DNA from: a virus | DNA length: 64,000 nt | Strand: one strand, 5' to 3' | IMG/VR virus record: IMGVR_UViG_3300021181_000009 | Coordinates: 7,175 to 71,174 of that record | Shown here: positions 17,569-26,777 of the stretch, in pieces | How positions within the stretch are numbered: position 1 is the first letter of the stretch | Layout: each line of letters opens with the position of its first letter | Notes under the pieces: model-generated | What the model saw: the letters and a program-made list of their open reading frames with translations, nothing else | What the model was told of the DNA's origin: nothing | Database searches by the model: none | Translations under genes and position numbers: made by a program

Positions 17569-18338
17569 AGAAATTTATCCTCAATGTAATCTACCAAATC
17601 ATTTGCAATTATCTCATGATATCGACCTTTCAGATGCCAAGACGGTAACACTGCATCCTTCTCTTTTATTCGATAGTAATCATATGCTCTCTGTAATGCG
17701 CCCGTCGGAAAAATATCAATAGTTTTTATATACTCAGACTTCATTGCACGTATTTTTTCAGACATATCAAATCTGTATGTGTATGCATGATTATAGAAAG
17801 AAAAATTTAAGAATGGTATATTAAGTTTCTTGAAGAAATCTCGCATAATAAATGCTTGGGAATAAAATTGTGTCGCCAATGTTTCTTCATCTATAAATTT
17901 CTTAATATAACTTACTAATTCTGAAGTCTCAGGATAGTGTTTCGTATGTATGTCAATTTTATCAACATTCAAACCCTCCAATTGATATTTTTGGCTACTA
18001 CAAAAAGTCATTCTATTTCTGAAAGTATCTTGCATAACACAAACAATTTTTTCGTTTGGATATTCCATCCTGATTCTAACAAAATTGTTGAACATGTTTT
18101 CAGTGATCATTTGTTGTGATGCGCCACCTTTCCCAAAATTATGTATTGACCAATCTGTTCTCATTTTCTTCATAAATCCAGTATAAGTTAGATCCTTTCT
18201 AAGAACATCAGTAGTTGGATTATACACCATATTACTTCTAGCAATGTCAGGTGTCATTAAGCAATATTCCGGCACATTTTGTTCTTCCCACAATTCAGTT
18301 CCATCTGTATATGAATCACCAACACAAATAACGATCAT
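17565..18338 (-). CDS. SGNH/GDSL-like hydrolase or acyltransferase
   Basis: GDSYTDG, NFGKGGAS, LPSWHL...YH. Confidence 0.7.
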   Translation of the reverse strand: MIVICVGDSYTDGTELWEEQNVPEYCLMTPDIARSNMVYNPTTDVLRKDLTYTGFMKKMRTDWSIHNFGKGGASQQMITENMFNNFVRIRMEYPNEKIVCVMQDTFRNRMTFCSSQKYQLEGLNVDKIDIHTKHYPETSELVSYIKKFIDEETLATQFYSQAFIMRDFFKKLNIPFLNFSFYNHAYTYRFDMSEKIRAMKSEYIKTIDIFPTGALQRAYDYYRIKEKDAVLPSWHLKGRYHEIIANDLVDYIEDKFL

Positions 18339-18356
18339 TTTATCTTCCTCATGAAT

Positions 18357-18370
18357 TATTTACGTAAATA
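18357..18370. promoter_or_regulatory. Palindromic back-to-back late promoters TATTTACGTAAATA
   Basis: Perfect 14-bp palindrome giving TAAATA on both strands. The + copy is 5 nt before ATG 18376. Confidence 0.65.
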
Positions 18371-18375
18371 TTCGC

Positions 18376-19230
18376 ATGACTACGATTAAAATCACTTTTA
18401 ATACGCACTACACATTAGATTTTACATTAACAGATACAGAAATTTCAGAACGATGGCTCACAGTGTTAAAAGATGCTATCAAAAATTACAGCATCGATGA
18501 TGCTAGACGCTTCTACGGCTTTTCTTCTAATGCTGACATTGCACTCCAAAAAATAAACATAACAATAGATACGATAAACAAACACAAACCGTTAATTGAT
18601 AGAAACGTTTTATCCGTTCATGACTATGATACTCTGAATTACTTGCACAGCATTTTTGAAAAACACCATGGACTATCAGATGCGCAAACAAATGAATTCA
18701 AAAGTATGCCAGAAGAATATCAAAAAGCATTATGTCAATTAAACATAGATGTTCATAGATGCGAATCTGTCCTCAGAGGCAACAAACCTAGAGTGGTAGT
18801 AACTTACTTTGGGCAACCAAAGACAGAAAAATTCAATGATTCTGATTTTGATTTGATGACTAATCGATATGAATTCGGAACCATCTACCTCAATTATGTG
18901 AATATCGGAAAAACTCTAGAAGATTTAGCGCAAGATAATGACGAATACATCAGCAGAGAAGCATTCAAGCCATTCATAAATTTTAGTTCTGATTTCAATA
19001 TCAAATTTTGGGATACCGATGTGCCAAAAGCAAAGATAGTAGAAAAAATGATGGACGAATATTACATTGAACATCAAGAATTTTTCAATTCGTTAGGATA
19101 TGATAGAAATCATCCGCATTTAAAACCTGGTTCAATTCCTGTAGCAAATTTGTCCAGCAATGCAGATCGTGAATCCATCATTAACAACATAAAGAACAAT
19201 CAACTCATTACAAAGATATCAATAGAATGA
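18376..19230 (+). CDS. Hypothetical protein with His/Glu-rich helices, possibly metal-binding
   Basis: LNYLHSIFEKHHG and LNIDVHRCE. Coupled by ATGA to a radical SAM gene. Confidence 0.55.
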   Translation: MTTIKITFNTHYTLDFTLTDTEISERWLTVLKDAIKNYSIDDARRFYGFSSNADIALQKINITIDTINKHKPLIDRNVLSVHDYDTLNYLHSIFEKHHGLSDAQTNEFKSMPEEYQKALCQLNIDVHRCESVLRGNKPRVVVTYFGQPKTEKFNDSDFDLMTNRYEFGTIYLNYVNIGKTLEDLAQDNDEYISREAFKPFINFSSDFNIKFWDTDVPKAKIVEKMMDEYYIEHQEFFNSLGYDRNHPHLKPGSIPVANLSSNADRESIINNIKNNQLITKISIE

Positions 19231-20183
19231 AACGAATCATAGAAATTTTCTCAGAAAAGCCAAACACATTTCACATTGACTTTTTGATCAACAATATATG
19301 CACCAACAGTTGCTGGTATTGTGAGCCAAATCTTTATAACGGTTCTAATCATCATTTCGAAGATGAAGAATTATTTGCATTCATTGATAATCTGAATTCA
19401 AATCTCAAAGACAAGAAAGTGCATATTGCATTTTCTGGCGGTGAGCCAACACTTTATCCTAAATTTATAGAGTTAGTTCAACGAATGAAATCCTTGGGAT
19501 GGACTGTAGGACTTACTTCAAATGGACAGAGAACTGCTAGATACTTTTCTGAACTTGCACCACACTGTGCATACATCGCAATGTCGTATCACTCAGAATT
19601 TGCTAAAGATGATTGGATGAATACTGCGTTAGCTGCTGCTGAACATACACAAGTGCTTGTGCGTGTTATGATGGATCCATACAATTGGGATCATTGCTAT
19701 GCTAAGTTTAATGAATTTGCTGCAAATCCTAACTTAGCTGTTGAGGCAGTTAGATTATATAGGCACGAAGGTATGAGTCTAGGGGCAGACGGGAAGGATG
19801 TAGGTTATACTGACGAACAAGATAATTGGTTGAATACGGTATCAAGAGTAGAACGTAAGAATTGGATTCAAACTGACGTCAATACAACTGATGCATTCGC
19901 TAAGTTCAATGATGGTGAATTCAAAAAGATCAACACGATTGATTTGGTTAATTCAAAACAGAATTCGTTTGTAGGGTTTGAATGCGATATCGGTAAAGCG
20001 AGTTTGTTTATCAACTACGATGGTCAAATAAAGCGTGGAAATTGTTTCAATGATGGTTGGGAAGGAAGGTTTGATGAAGTGGATTTAGAAAAACTTTTAT
20101 CCACTTCTACTAAATGTCGGACACCATTTTGTTATTGCGGTATCGACGTTACTGTTCCTAAACGGAAGATTACTTCGAAATAA
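19227..20183 (+). CDS. Radical SAM protein with C-terminal SPASM/twitch-like Cys cluster
   Basis: CTNSCWYC, SGGEPT, TSNG. C-terminal C.IG...C...C....CYC..D. Confidence 0.88.
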   Translation: MKRIIEIFSEKPNTFHIDFLINNICTNSCWYCEPNLYNGSNHHFEDEELFAFIDNLNSNLKDKKVHIAFSGGEPTLYPKFIELVQRMKSLGWTVGLTSNGQRTARYFSELAPHCAYIAMSYHSEFAKDDWMNTALAAAEHTQVLVRVMMDPYNWDHCYAKFNEFAANPNLAVEAVRLYRHEGMSLGADGKDVGYTDEQDNWLNTVSRVERKNWIQTDVNTTDAFAKFNDGEFKKINTIDLVNSKQNSFVGFECDIGKASLFINYDGQIKRGNCFNDGWEGRFDEVDLEKLLSTSTKCRTPFCYCGIDVTVPKRKITSK

Positions 20184-21354
20184 CGATATCACCTAGATAC
20201 TTAGGATATTGAATATCTCTAGTTTCATTTAGTGCATTGATAACTTGATTAAGCTTATCTCTCATATTACTATCACTTTTGTTGTTGTCGAGCCAAGCGA
20301 TCATTGTAGATTTGATCTGATCATCTTTTAGTGGTGCAATAGATTTTCTCACTTTTATCTTTTCAGCTTCAGTGAGCGCAGATGCAGAAAAATATTCAGG
20401 AGAATAAACTGGATTGACATACATTTGCAATTTATATTCTTCTAGAAAACCTTGCATCTGCTCTATTTGACATGCGTTCAATGCTGAAATTGTTTGGCAT
20501 ACAAAATAATATACATTATGTGGTTTGTTAGCAATATACCATTCTAGATTGTTTTGAATATCTGCAAAATTAGAACCATAACGAATATAGTCATTCATTT
20601 CATACGTAGCATCGATACTAAATTGTACTGATACATACTTGAATTGACTCCAAAGTGCAATAAATTCTTCATCTTTGATCGTTAGATTAATACTGTATTC
20701 AATATGAATGTTCTTAGCAACTCCCATATCAATAAGTTTTTGAAGCAATACTTTATGTTGCTTGATTAGCAGTGGTTCTCCACCATTGATATAAATTTTC
20801 TGAACATGTTTGCTTATGGCAGCTAAGTTTTCGTAAAATCCTTCGCTTTCGAACCAACGAGTTTGCTTAGAATTTTCAAAAGCTTTGAACCATTCAATTT
20901 TCTTCGTAAGAAATTGCTCATCCTTACTCCACTTAGAACTAGATACGCTATTACACGTAATGCAGGCCAGGTTACACGTATTACCCAACCGTAACTCGAT
21001 GAATTGTAAAGGTGAATCAATGCTACCATCCACATACGTAAATGCGTCATCTTCTTTCCAGTTATATAAATGATTCTCTAACTGTCTCTTACTTCTTCCG
21101 CCAGATCGTTCAGTCTCATAGCATCGATGACATTGGGAAGGTTCTTGTCCAGCAAGCATATTTAGACGAACTTGTTTAAATGATTCACTGTTACGAATTT
21201 CATCCAATGTATTTTTACCTAAGAAAAGCATCTGCCCGTTTGTTCTAGCAAACGAATTTGGGTTAGACATATCAGCTTGACAACATACACTTACAGAACC
21301 ATTGGGATGAGTTCCAAGATGCTGAAATGGGAGGCAGCAAGAAGTTTTAGCCAT
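20170..21354 (-). CDS. Radical SAM protein with N-terminal twitch/SPASM-like Cys domain
   Basis: Start reassigned to ATG 21354 (MAKTSCCLPFQH). P.G....CC, CHRC, CNLACITC, NGGEPL. Confidence 0.88.
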   Translation of the reverse strand: MAKTSCCLPFQHLGTHPNGSVSVCCQADMSNPNSFARTNGQMLFLGKNTLDEIRNSESFKQVRLNMLAGQEPSQCHRCYETERSGGRSKRQLENHLYNWKEDDAFTYVDGSIDSPLQFIELRLGNTCNLACITCNSVSSSKWSKDEQFLTKKIEWFKAFENSKQTRWFESEGFYENLAAISKHVQKIYINGGEPLLIKQHKVLLQKLIDMGVAKNIHIEYSINLTIKDEEFIALWSQFKYVSVQFSIDATYEMNDYIRYGSNFADIQNNLEWYIANKPHNVYYFVCQTISALNACQIEQMQGFLEEYKLQMYVNPVYSPEYFSASALTEAEKIKVRKSIAPLKDDQIKSTMIAWLDNNKSDSNMRDKLNQVINALNETRDIQYPKYLGDIVISK

Positions 21355-21844
21355 GGTTTGCAAATTCACCATGCAATTTGCTTCTATACTCTTCGACCAC
21401 CTTCTTGGCCTCCTCAATTGAATTAAATGAACCTAAATTTTTATTACGACCATCCTCAAGCCCTATGTGGGCTTGCCATTTGTGCGATTTTTTATGCCAA
21501 CTCACGCCTTTCACTCCAGATGTATTTTTTACATTCATTTTACTATTTCTTTGATTTTGCGCATTTGTAGCCTCCCTAAGGTTAATCCAAGAATTATTTG
21601 CTTTGTTTCCGTCTATATGATCTATGAAATTTTTCGGAAATTCTCCTGACATGTACAGCCAAGCTAATCTATGTGCATAATACCGTTTTCCTCGCACCTT
21701 AACTTGCACATATCCATCATGCTTTAATGATCCTGCTATAGATCCAGGTTTAATATTACTAAATTTAGAGGGTGCAAGCCAAATAAATTGACCAGTAACT
21801 GGATCATAGGTTAAACTTTCTTTCAATTCATGTTGTGTAATCAT
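21347..21844 (-). CDS. Free-standing HNH endonuclease with AP2-like C-terminal domain
   Basis: HRLAW, IDHIDGNKANN...NLR, NTSGVKGVSW, NLGSF...EEA. Confidence 0.88.
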   Translation of the reverse strand: MITQHELKESLTYDPVTGQFIWLAPSKFSNIKPGSIAGSLKHDGYVQVKVRGKRYYAHRLAWLYMSGEFPKNFIDHIDGNKANNSWINLREATNAQNQRNSKMNVKNTSGVKGVSWHKKSHKWQAHIGLEDGRNKNLGSFNSIEEAKKVVEEYRSKLHGEFANHG

Positions 21845-23130
21845 ATATTATCCCACCAATTTTTAGCATCACTTGCTAGTATATCAGACATAGTTAAAGG
21901 GTGCTTCCTATGTCCTTCCAATTTTAACAATCTCTCTTTTCCTAATTTTAAACCTTGTTCATAATCAGGATATTTCTGATCAAAAGTCAATCTTCGTTTC
22001 ATATCTTTAAACGTGTCTGAATATACTTTTGTTAAAGGGTTGTGCAATGATTCCTCATAAGCGATCAAATCATCTAAAATAGGATCAAGAATAGTATGTG
22101 GTAGGGACATAGGGCTCATCAAAACTTGGCTATCAAAATCAAAAGTAATTTTAACATAACTCTTAACTCCTAATTCCGTTGCTAATTTCATCAAATTTTT
22201 CATGTCAAATAACCCAGGTAATGTTATCGTCACATCAATAACCATACCGTTCATTCCGAACAAATTATTTAAGAACATACCTTCTTTAAAGTTCTCTAAC
22301 CATTGCTCCCATTTAAGTCCAGTTCTAATGTATTCTGCAACATCAGCGGTAGCGTCCATTGAAGCACATACATTCACTCCCTTAAAGTAAGGCAACAAAT
22401 CATATAGATTTCTTACATTGCTTAGATTCGTATTATATCTCACAATTACATTTTTACTCTGACCAGTCTCTACAAGATGATTCATTATCGACCAGTGAAT
22501 AGGATACATAAGTGGCTCTCCACCAACCCAATATATTTCTTCAATACGATTCTCTTTGACTGCATCCCAAAGTTCTTGTTCTAAGACTTGTTGAAAATCT
22601 TCTATCTTCTCTTTGTTATCAGCACTCATCCATTTTTCAGTTTGCGGATTCCAAGTGCCCAGCATTCTTTTTTCACTTTCCCATGCAGAACTAAGTTCGG
22701 GACCACACATACGACATTTGAAGTTACACAGGTTGCTGACACGGTAATCATAGCTCATTGGCTTCAATGAAGTATATCCGTTTTCGTCAATAGAATCAAA
22801 CGCGTCTTGAATCTTATGTGAAAACAACGTTTCATTAAAATATTGTTTATACGTATGAAGATTCAAGATATTATCATTGCATATTTCGCACTGCGAGGGA
22901 ACTTCACCATTCTTCATTTTCAATCGTATTCTTCGAATGTATTCACTATTCCACCAATCATCTAGAGGAATAGGATTATAGTCTAATTGTGTTGCTTCAC
23001 CCTTATCAATATATCCTTTAAAGAATTGCGGTTCCTCTCTACTAGCACAACATAATCTGCGCTCGCCCGACGGATGCGCCATAGTATGCAATACCGAAGC
23101 AGTGCAAAATGATTTTGGTATTTGAGACAT
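21841..23130 (-). CDS. Radical SAM protein with N-terminal twitch/SPASM-like Cys domain
   Basis: FC...H...HPSG..RLCC, CEIC, CNFKCRMC, VGGEPL, YNTN. Confidence 0.88.
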   Translation of the reverse strand: MSQIPKSFCTASVLHTMAHPSGERRLCCASREEPQFFKGYIDKGEATQLDYNPIPLDDWWNSEYIRRIRLKMKNGEVPSQCEICNDNILNLHTYKQYFNETLFSHKIQDAFDSIDENGYTSLKPMSYDYRVSNLCNFKCRMCGPELSSAWESEKRMLGTWNPQTEKWMSADNKEKIEDFQQVLEQELWDAVKENRIEEIYWVGGEPLMYPIHWSIMNHLVETGQSKNVIVRYNTNLSNVRNLYDLLPYFKGVNVCASMDATADVAEYIRTGLKWEQWLENFKEGMFLNNLFGMNGMVIDVTITLPGLFDMKNLMKLATELGVKSYVKITFDFDSQVLMSPMSLPHTILDPILDDLIAYEESLHNPLTKVYSDTFKDMKRRLTFDQKYPDYEQGLKLGKERLLKLEGHRKHPLTMSDILASDAKNWWDNI

Positions 23131-23426
23131 TATAAGTGTTTAATTATGAATTCTAGTGCTTCTTTTTCGCAATCGAAGACTAAAATGATTCTTGAGTAAA
23201 GGGATGTTCCAGCAAATCCCTGAGGATAAATCGGAGTTTCTAATTCTAATTTTGATCTTACAGATTTTCCTTGAAGGAAATTTGATTGTGCAGTAGTTAG
23301 CCACATGCGAGTTTCGAAACATAGTGAATCATTTTCTACTGTTTTCATTTCAGTATATGCACCTGGCCATGAGGCGTCTAGATTGATTCTATTCCATGAT
23401 TTCAAAACTACTTCAGTTGCCATCAA
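23130..23426 (-). CDS. Small hypothetical protein with C-terminal F..E.EA..F motif
   Basis: Ends ILVFDCEKEALEFIIKHL. Overlaps both neighbours. Confidence 0.65.
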   Translation of the reverse strand: MMATEVVLKSWNRINLDASWPGAYTEMKTVENDSLCFETRMWLTTAQSNFLQGKSVRSKLELETPIYPQGFAGTSLYSRIILVFDCEKEALEFIIKHL

Positions 23427-23722
23427 TTCGCCATTCTGTTATTGTATCTTAAACTAAATTCAAACGCATCTTGCTCGGTATCAAATTCTATATAATAATG
23501 TATAGAATACTTTTGTCCCGGCCATTCTGTGTGAGTCTGCTTTACAAGTGTCTCTCTAATTATCCTGTATGATTTTTGTTTCAGCCAATCAAGAGACAAT
23601 ATTTCCTTATACAGAGAAAATGGATTCTTCTCTATTTCTTTTTTATCATAAACAACTTTCCCAACTTCCATTGTCCTCAAGAAGTTTGGTTCAATTTTTT
23701 CGAGTAATACTCTGCTTGTCAT
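23423..23722 (-). CDS. Small hypothetical protein with C-terminal F..E.DA..F.L motif
   Basis: Contains YIEFDTEQDAFEFSLRY near the C-terminus. Confidence 0.65.
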   Translation of the reverse strand: MTSRVLLEKIEPNFLRTMEVGKVVYDKKEIEKNPFSLYKEILSLDWLKQKSYRIIRETLVKQTHTEWPGQKYSIHYYIEFDTEQDAFEFSLRYNNRMAN

Positions 23723-24950
23723 AAAGAGTTTTATTAATTAACAACTCAGCTAGTTCTGGAGCAACATCGAAAATATTTTCGTTCCTCTGAAAATCCAATA
23801 GTTCAGTATTAATTGTAAATTGGTCACTTAAGTCTTGCCCAGGCTGCATCATAAAGCCAATCAATCCGTCTGCTGAAGAAACCAATTTGTTGTCAAATTC
23901 AAATTCTGATTTCTTCAAATATTCAACATAGCTTTCTAGTTTAGTTTTTGCATACTGTTTAAATTCATCACTCGTATTCTTAACACAATAATACTCTTGT
24001 GTGTGCAAAAGGTTAAACAAAATTTCTGGCCTTGCGCCATCTAACCAGCCAGACGCTCTAAAATATTTATGAATGTCTTCTAGACGAGTGATATTAAAAA
24101 CGCTAATCGTAGGAGCAAACCAAACACAAACATTTGTATGCTCTTTAGTATAAATCATCATTTCATCAATATTTTTCTTAACGACGGGCCAATCTGTCCC
24201 ATATCGCCAATATTCAGCACGACCCTCAATTTCGTCTATACTAAAACTCATAGTAACGCTATTAAATTTGTGCCAAGCGTCTCTAAAATCAAATGTCTTG
24301 TAGGTTAATTTGCTGCCATTTGTAGAGTATTGAATATTCACATCCGTTCTATTTTCTTCAATCAATTTGTTGATAATTTTATAATGATCTTCCATTAATA
24401 ATGGTTCGCCGCCCGCAAAATGCATTGCCTTAACTTGATTAGTATTCTGTTCAATGATTTGGTTAAGACCAATTTCTGATGCACTTCGAATGTGTGTTAC
24501 TTTGTCACTTTTAATTCCTGATGCCCTATCTGACAGTTGCTTATATGTGCTACTCAATTGTGGTCCGCATGTTCTGCATGCATAATTGCATAAATTACTT
24601 GATCTAAAATCCCAATTTAACATTTTTACATCTGCTGTTCCATCTTCTTGTGTAGAATCTATCAACTCTTGGGCATGATCTAAAAATTGGTGATTATAAG
24701 ATTTTCTGAGAGATACTTGTCCAGCCTCTTCTGCCTTCCAGCATGTTTTGCATACATCTAGTTTTTTATCTGCTAGAATGTCAATTCTAAATTTCTTAAA
24801 TTTTTCATTGTTCATTATAGCAATACCTGATTCATCCAATTGCCCAAATGAATCTGCTGAATTTACTGCGCAGCATGGATATACATTGTTATTCGGCCAA
24901 AGGTGCATAGAGACCCATGGAGCACAGCATAGATGTTTTCTTTCACTCAT
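23691..24950 (-). CDS. Radical SAM protein with N-terminal twitch/SPASM-like Cys domain
   Basis: CCAPW..MH..P....PCC, CKTC, CNYACRTC, AGGEPL, YSTNG. Confidence 0.88.
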   Translation of the reverse strand: MSERKHLCCAPWVSMHLWPNNNVYPCCAVNSADSFGQLDESGIAIMNNEKFKKFRIDILADKKLDVCKTCWKAEEAGQVSLRKSYNHQFLDHAQELIDSTQEDGTADVKMLNWDFRSSNLCNYACRTCGPQLSSTYKQLSDRASGIKSDKVTHIRSASEIGLNQIIEQNTNQVKAMHFAGGEPLLMEDHYKIINKLIEENRTDVNIQYSTNGSKLTYKTFDFRDAWHKFNSVTMSFSIDEIEGRAEYWRYGTDWPVVKKNIDEMMIYTKEHTNVCVWFAPTISVFNITRLEDIHKYFRASGWLDGARPEILFNLLHTQEYYCVKNTSDEFKQYAKTKLESYVEYLKKSEFEFDNKLVSSADGLIGFMMQPGQDLSDQFTINTELLDFQRNENIFDVAPELAELLINKTLYDKQSITRKN

Positions 24951-25246
24951 TTCTTCAATTTAAACGCCAATGCGTCTAACCTATTTTCAAATTTAATAAA
25001 GAATTTAGCTTGAACGAAGGGAGAACAATTAACATCCTGCTCTTCCTTCGTTTCAACTAATATCTTTACGCCTCTATACAGAGAAAAATCTATAGTTGAT
25101 AATATCTTTTGCACTGCATGATTTACAAAACGAATATGACCTGGATCATATTCGTGTTCTGTATCGTAAAAAGACGCATCATATCTATCATCAATAATGC
25201 CATAGCTTTGTGTATAAACTAAAACTTTTAGATCGTCATCATTCAT
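24947..25246 (-). CDS. Small hypothetical protein with C-terminal F....DA..F.L motif
   Basis: Ends FIKFENRLDALAFKLKK. Confidence 0.65.
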   Translation of the reverse strand: MNDDDLKVLVYTQSYGIIDDRYDASFYDTEHEYDPGHIRFVNHAVQKILSTIDFSLYRGVKILVETKEEQDVNCSPFVQAKFFIKFENRLDALAFKLKK

Positions 25247-26777
25247 TTGTGTCAGGATTAATAATATCCCTGACAGTCTGAGGTTCTACATATTCTTGAC
25301 TGCCAGGATTTGCTTTTGAGGGAGAAAGAATCCATCCCTCCTCTTTAGCTTTATTTAACAATTCCTTATGCACGAACTCCATCGCTTTGGTGTTATCACC
25401 GTTAATCAATTCTTTGATCGGCTTCAATTTTGTCTCAGGTAAACTCAAATACCAATCTTTCAATGCTGGGAACGTTTCAACAAAATTTTTACCTCTGCGT
25501 TGATCATATTCAGCAAAGAATGTTCTGAAATCCCTTTGTCGAGATTCTAAACTACTCACGTTGCTGTGACCTTCATCAACTTCACGAATGTATGCTATCA
25601 TTCGCTCAATTCCTTCATACTCGTGATTTTGCAATTTTGACCTATTTGCAATTGCCCAGGTTTGTATCTTTACAGCTTGGGCCTCCCTGACAATATATGG
25701 CAATGTATTTACGCTCATAAAACTCGGGAAGCGTAAGATATTGAAACTCATGCCTGCATGCCAATGCCCATGTTTCTCTTTCAATTTCAGCATCTCATCC
25801 ATGAATTCAGTAATACTGAACAAACACAGTGCATTGATAGTCATCATCACATGAGTATTCTTGCAGTTGCCTTCACTCAGAATGTATTCAAAATTGTTGA
25901 GCCATTCATCCCAAACTAGACCGTCGCGTATATATTCTGCATGAGCACCGAAACTCTCGTTGCTTGTATAAAGATGAAAATCTTCAAAACTATGTGTAGC
26001 TCTGCACAACCGTTCAATCAATTCTTTCTTAGCTCCGAGATTGCTATTGACTGCTAAGCGAACTTTGCAATTTGGATTCTGTTCCCACCAATCTATAAGC
26101 TTCCAGAAATCCGGACTCATAGTTCCTTCGCCACCTGTAATGCGCAATTCAACTAAGCTATATTGCAATTCATTGTTCCACCATTGCCAAAATGCTTCAG
26201 TATATGGATTATCTTTGTTTTTGATTCCGTACGGCATTGCCCATGACCCATCCTGATGATAGGCGCCAGCGCCGTCACTTACGAGATTTTGATAAGCACC
26301 ATTGACTTTAATATCATGCGCCCAAGTTGAGCTAAAACTTGCATTACAGTATGAACAAGCAAAATTGCACAAATTATCAAACGAAATCTCTAATGTCTTT
26401 GGGGCAATATCTTCAAAATTTTTATATTGTTCAATACTCTTTTGAATATCATCTTCTGAATGAATTATGCTCTTATAAACTCTATCACTCACTAAATCCT
26501 TGCCTAAATTTTCTACTCGCCAGCAGTAATCACATTCTTTAGTTTGTATTCCATCAATCATTTCTTTTCTTACTGTCTTTCTATATTCTGTGTTTAGCAA
26601 TGCTTTGTAACTTGCTTTTAGTTCAGTAAGAGGAATTTTTGATGCTGGTGGGTGATGGCATTGGGCAGACGATCCAGACCCAAGCCAAATAGTTCCTCCT
26701 AGTGCTTTACCAGCACAATAAGTCGGGCTAATTGCATCTAATACTCGTTTTTTGTAATCTAAGTTTGATTCATTCAT
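25239..26777 (-). CDS. Radical SAM protein, second subfamily (C..K...T..L..G....CHH N-domain)
   Basis: YCAGK...QCHH, CDYC, CNFACSYC, ITGGE. Confidence 0.88.
   Translation of the reverse strand: MNESNLDYKKRVLDAISPTYCAGKALGGTIWLGSGSSAQCHHPPASKIPLTELKASYKALLNTEYRKTVRKEMIDGIQTKECDYCWRVENLGKDLVSDRVYKSIIHSEDDIQKSIEQYKNFEDIAPKTLEISFDNLCNFACSYCNASFSSTWAHDIKVNGAYQNLVSDGAGAYHQDGSWAMPYGIKNKDNPYTEAFWQWWNNELQYSLVELRITGGEGTMSPDFWKLIDWWEQNPNCKVRLAVNSNLGAKKELIERLCRATHSFEDFHLYTSNESFGAHAEYIRDGLVWDEWLNNFEYILSEGNCKNTHVMMTINALCLFSITEFMDEMLKLKEKHGHWHAGMSFNILRFPSFMSVNTLPYIVREAQAVKIQTWAIANRSKLQNHEYEGIERMIAYIREVDEGHSNVSSLESRQRDFRTFFAEYDQRRGKNFVETFPALKDWYLSLPETKLKPIKELINGDNTKAMEFVHKELLNKAKEEGWILSPSKANPGSQEYVEPQTVRDIINPDTNE

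Noticed and set aside
21355-21417. ORF-track N-terminal extensions (also 877, 7621, 9175, 29986, 60023)
   Set aside because: They overlap upstream genes or promoters. Downstream ATGs give coupled starts that match paralog N-termini or avoid those overlaps.
21347-21844. HNH gene as the ORF of a group I intron splitting a radical SAM gene
   Set aside because: Both flanking radical SAM genes are complete, and the HNH ORF overlaps their ends, leaving no room for an intron core.
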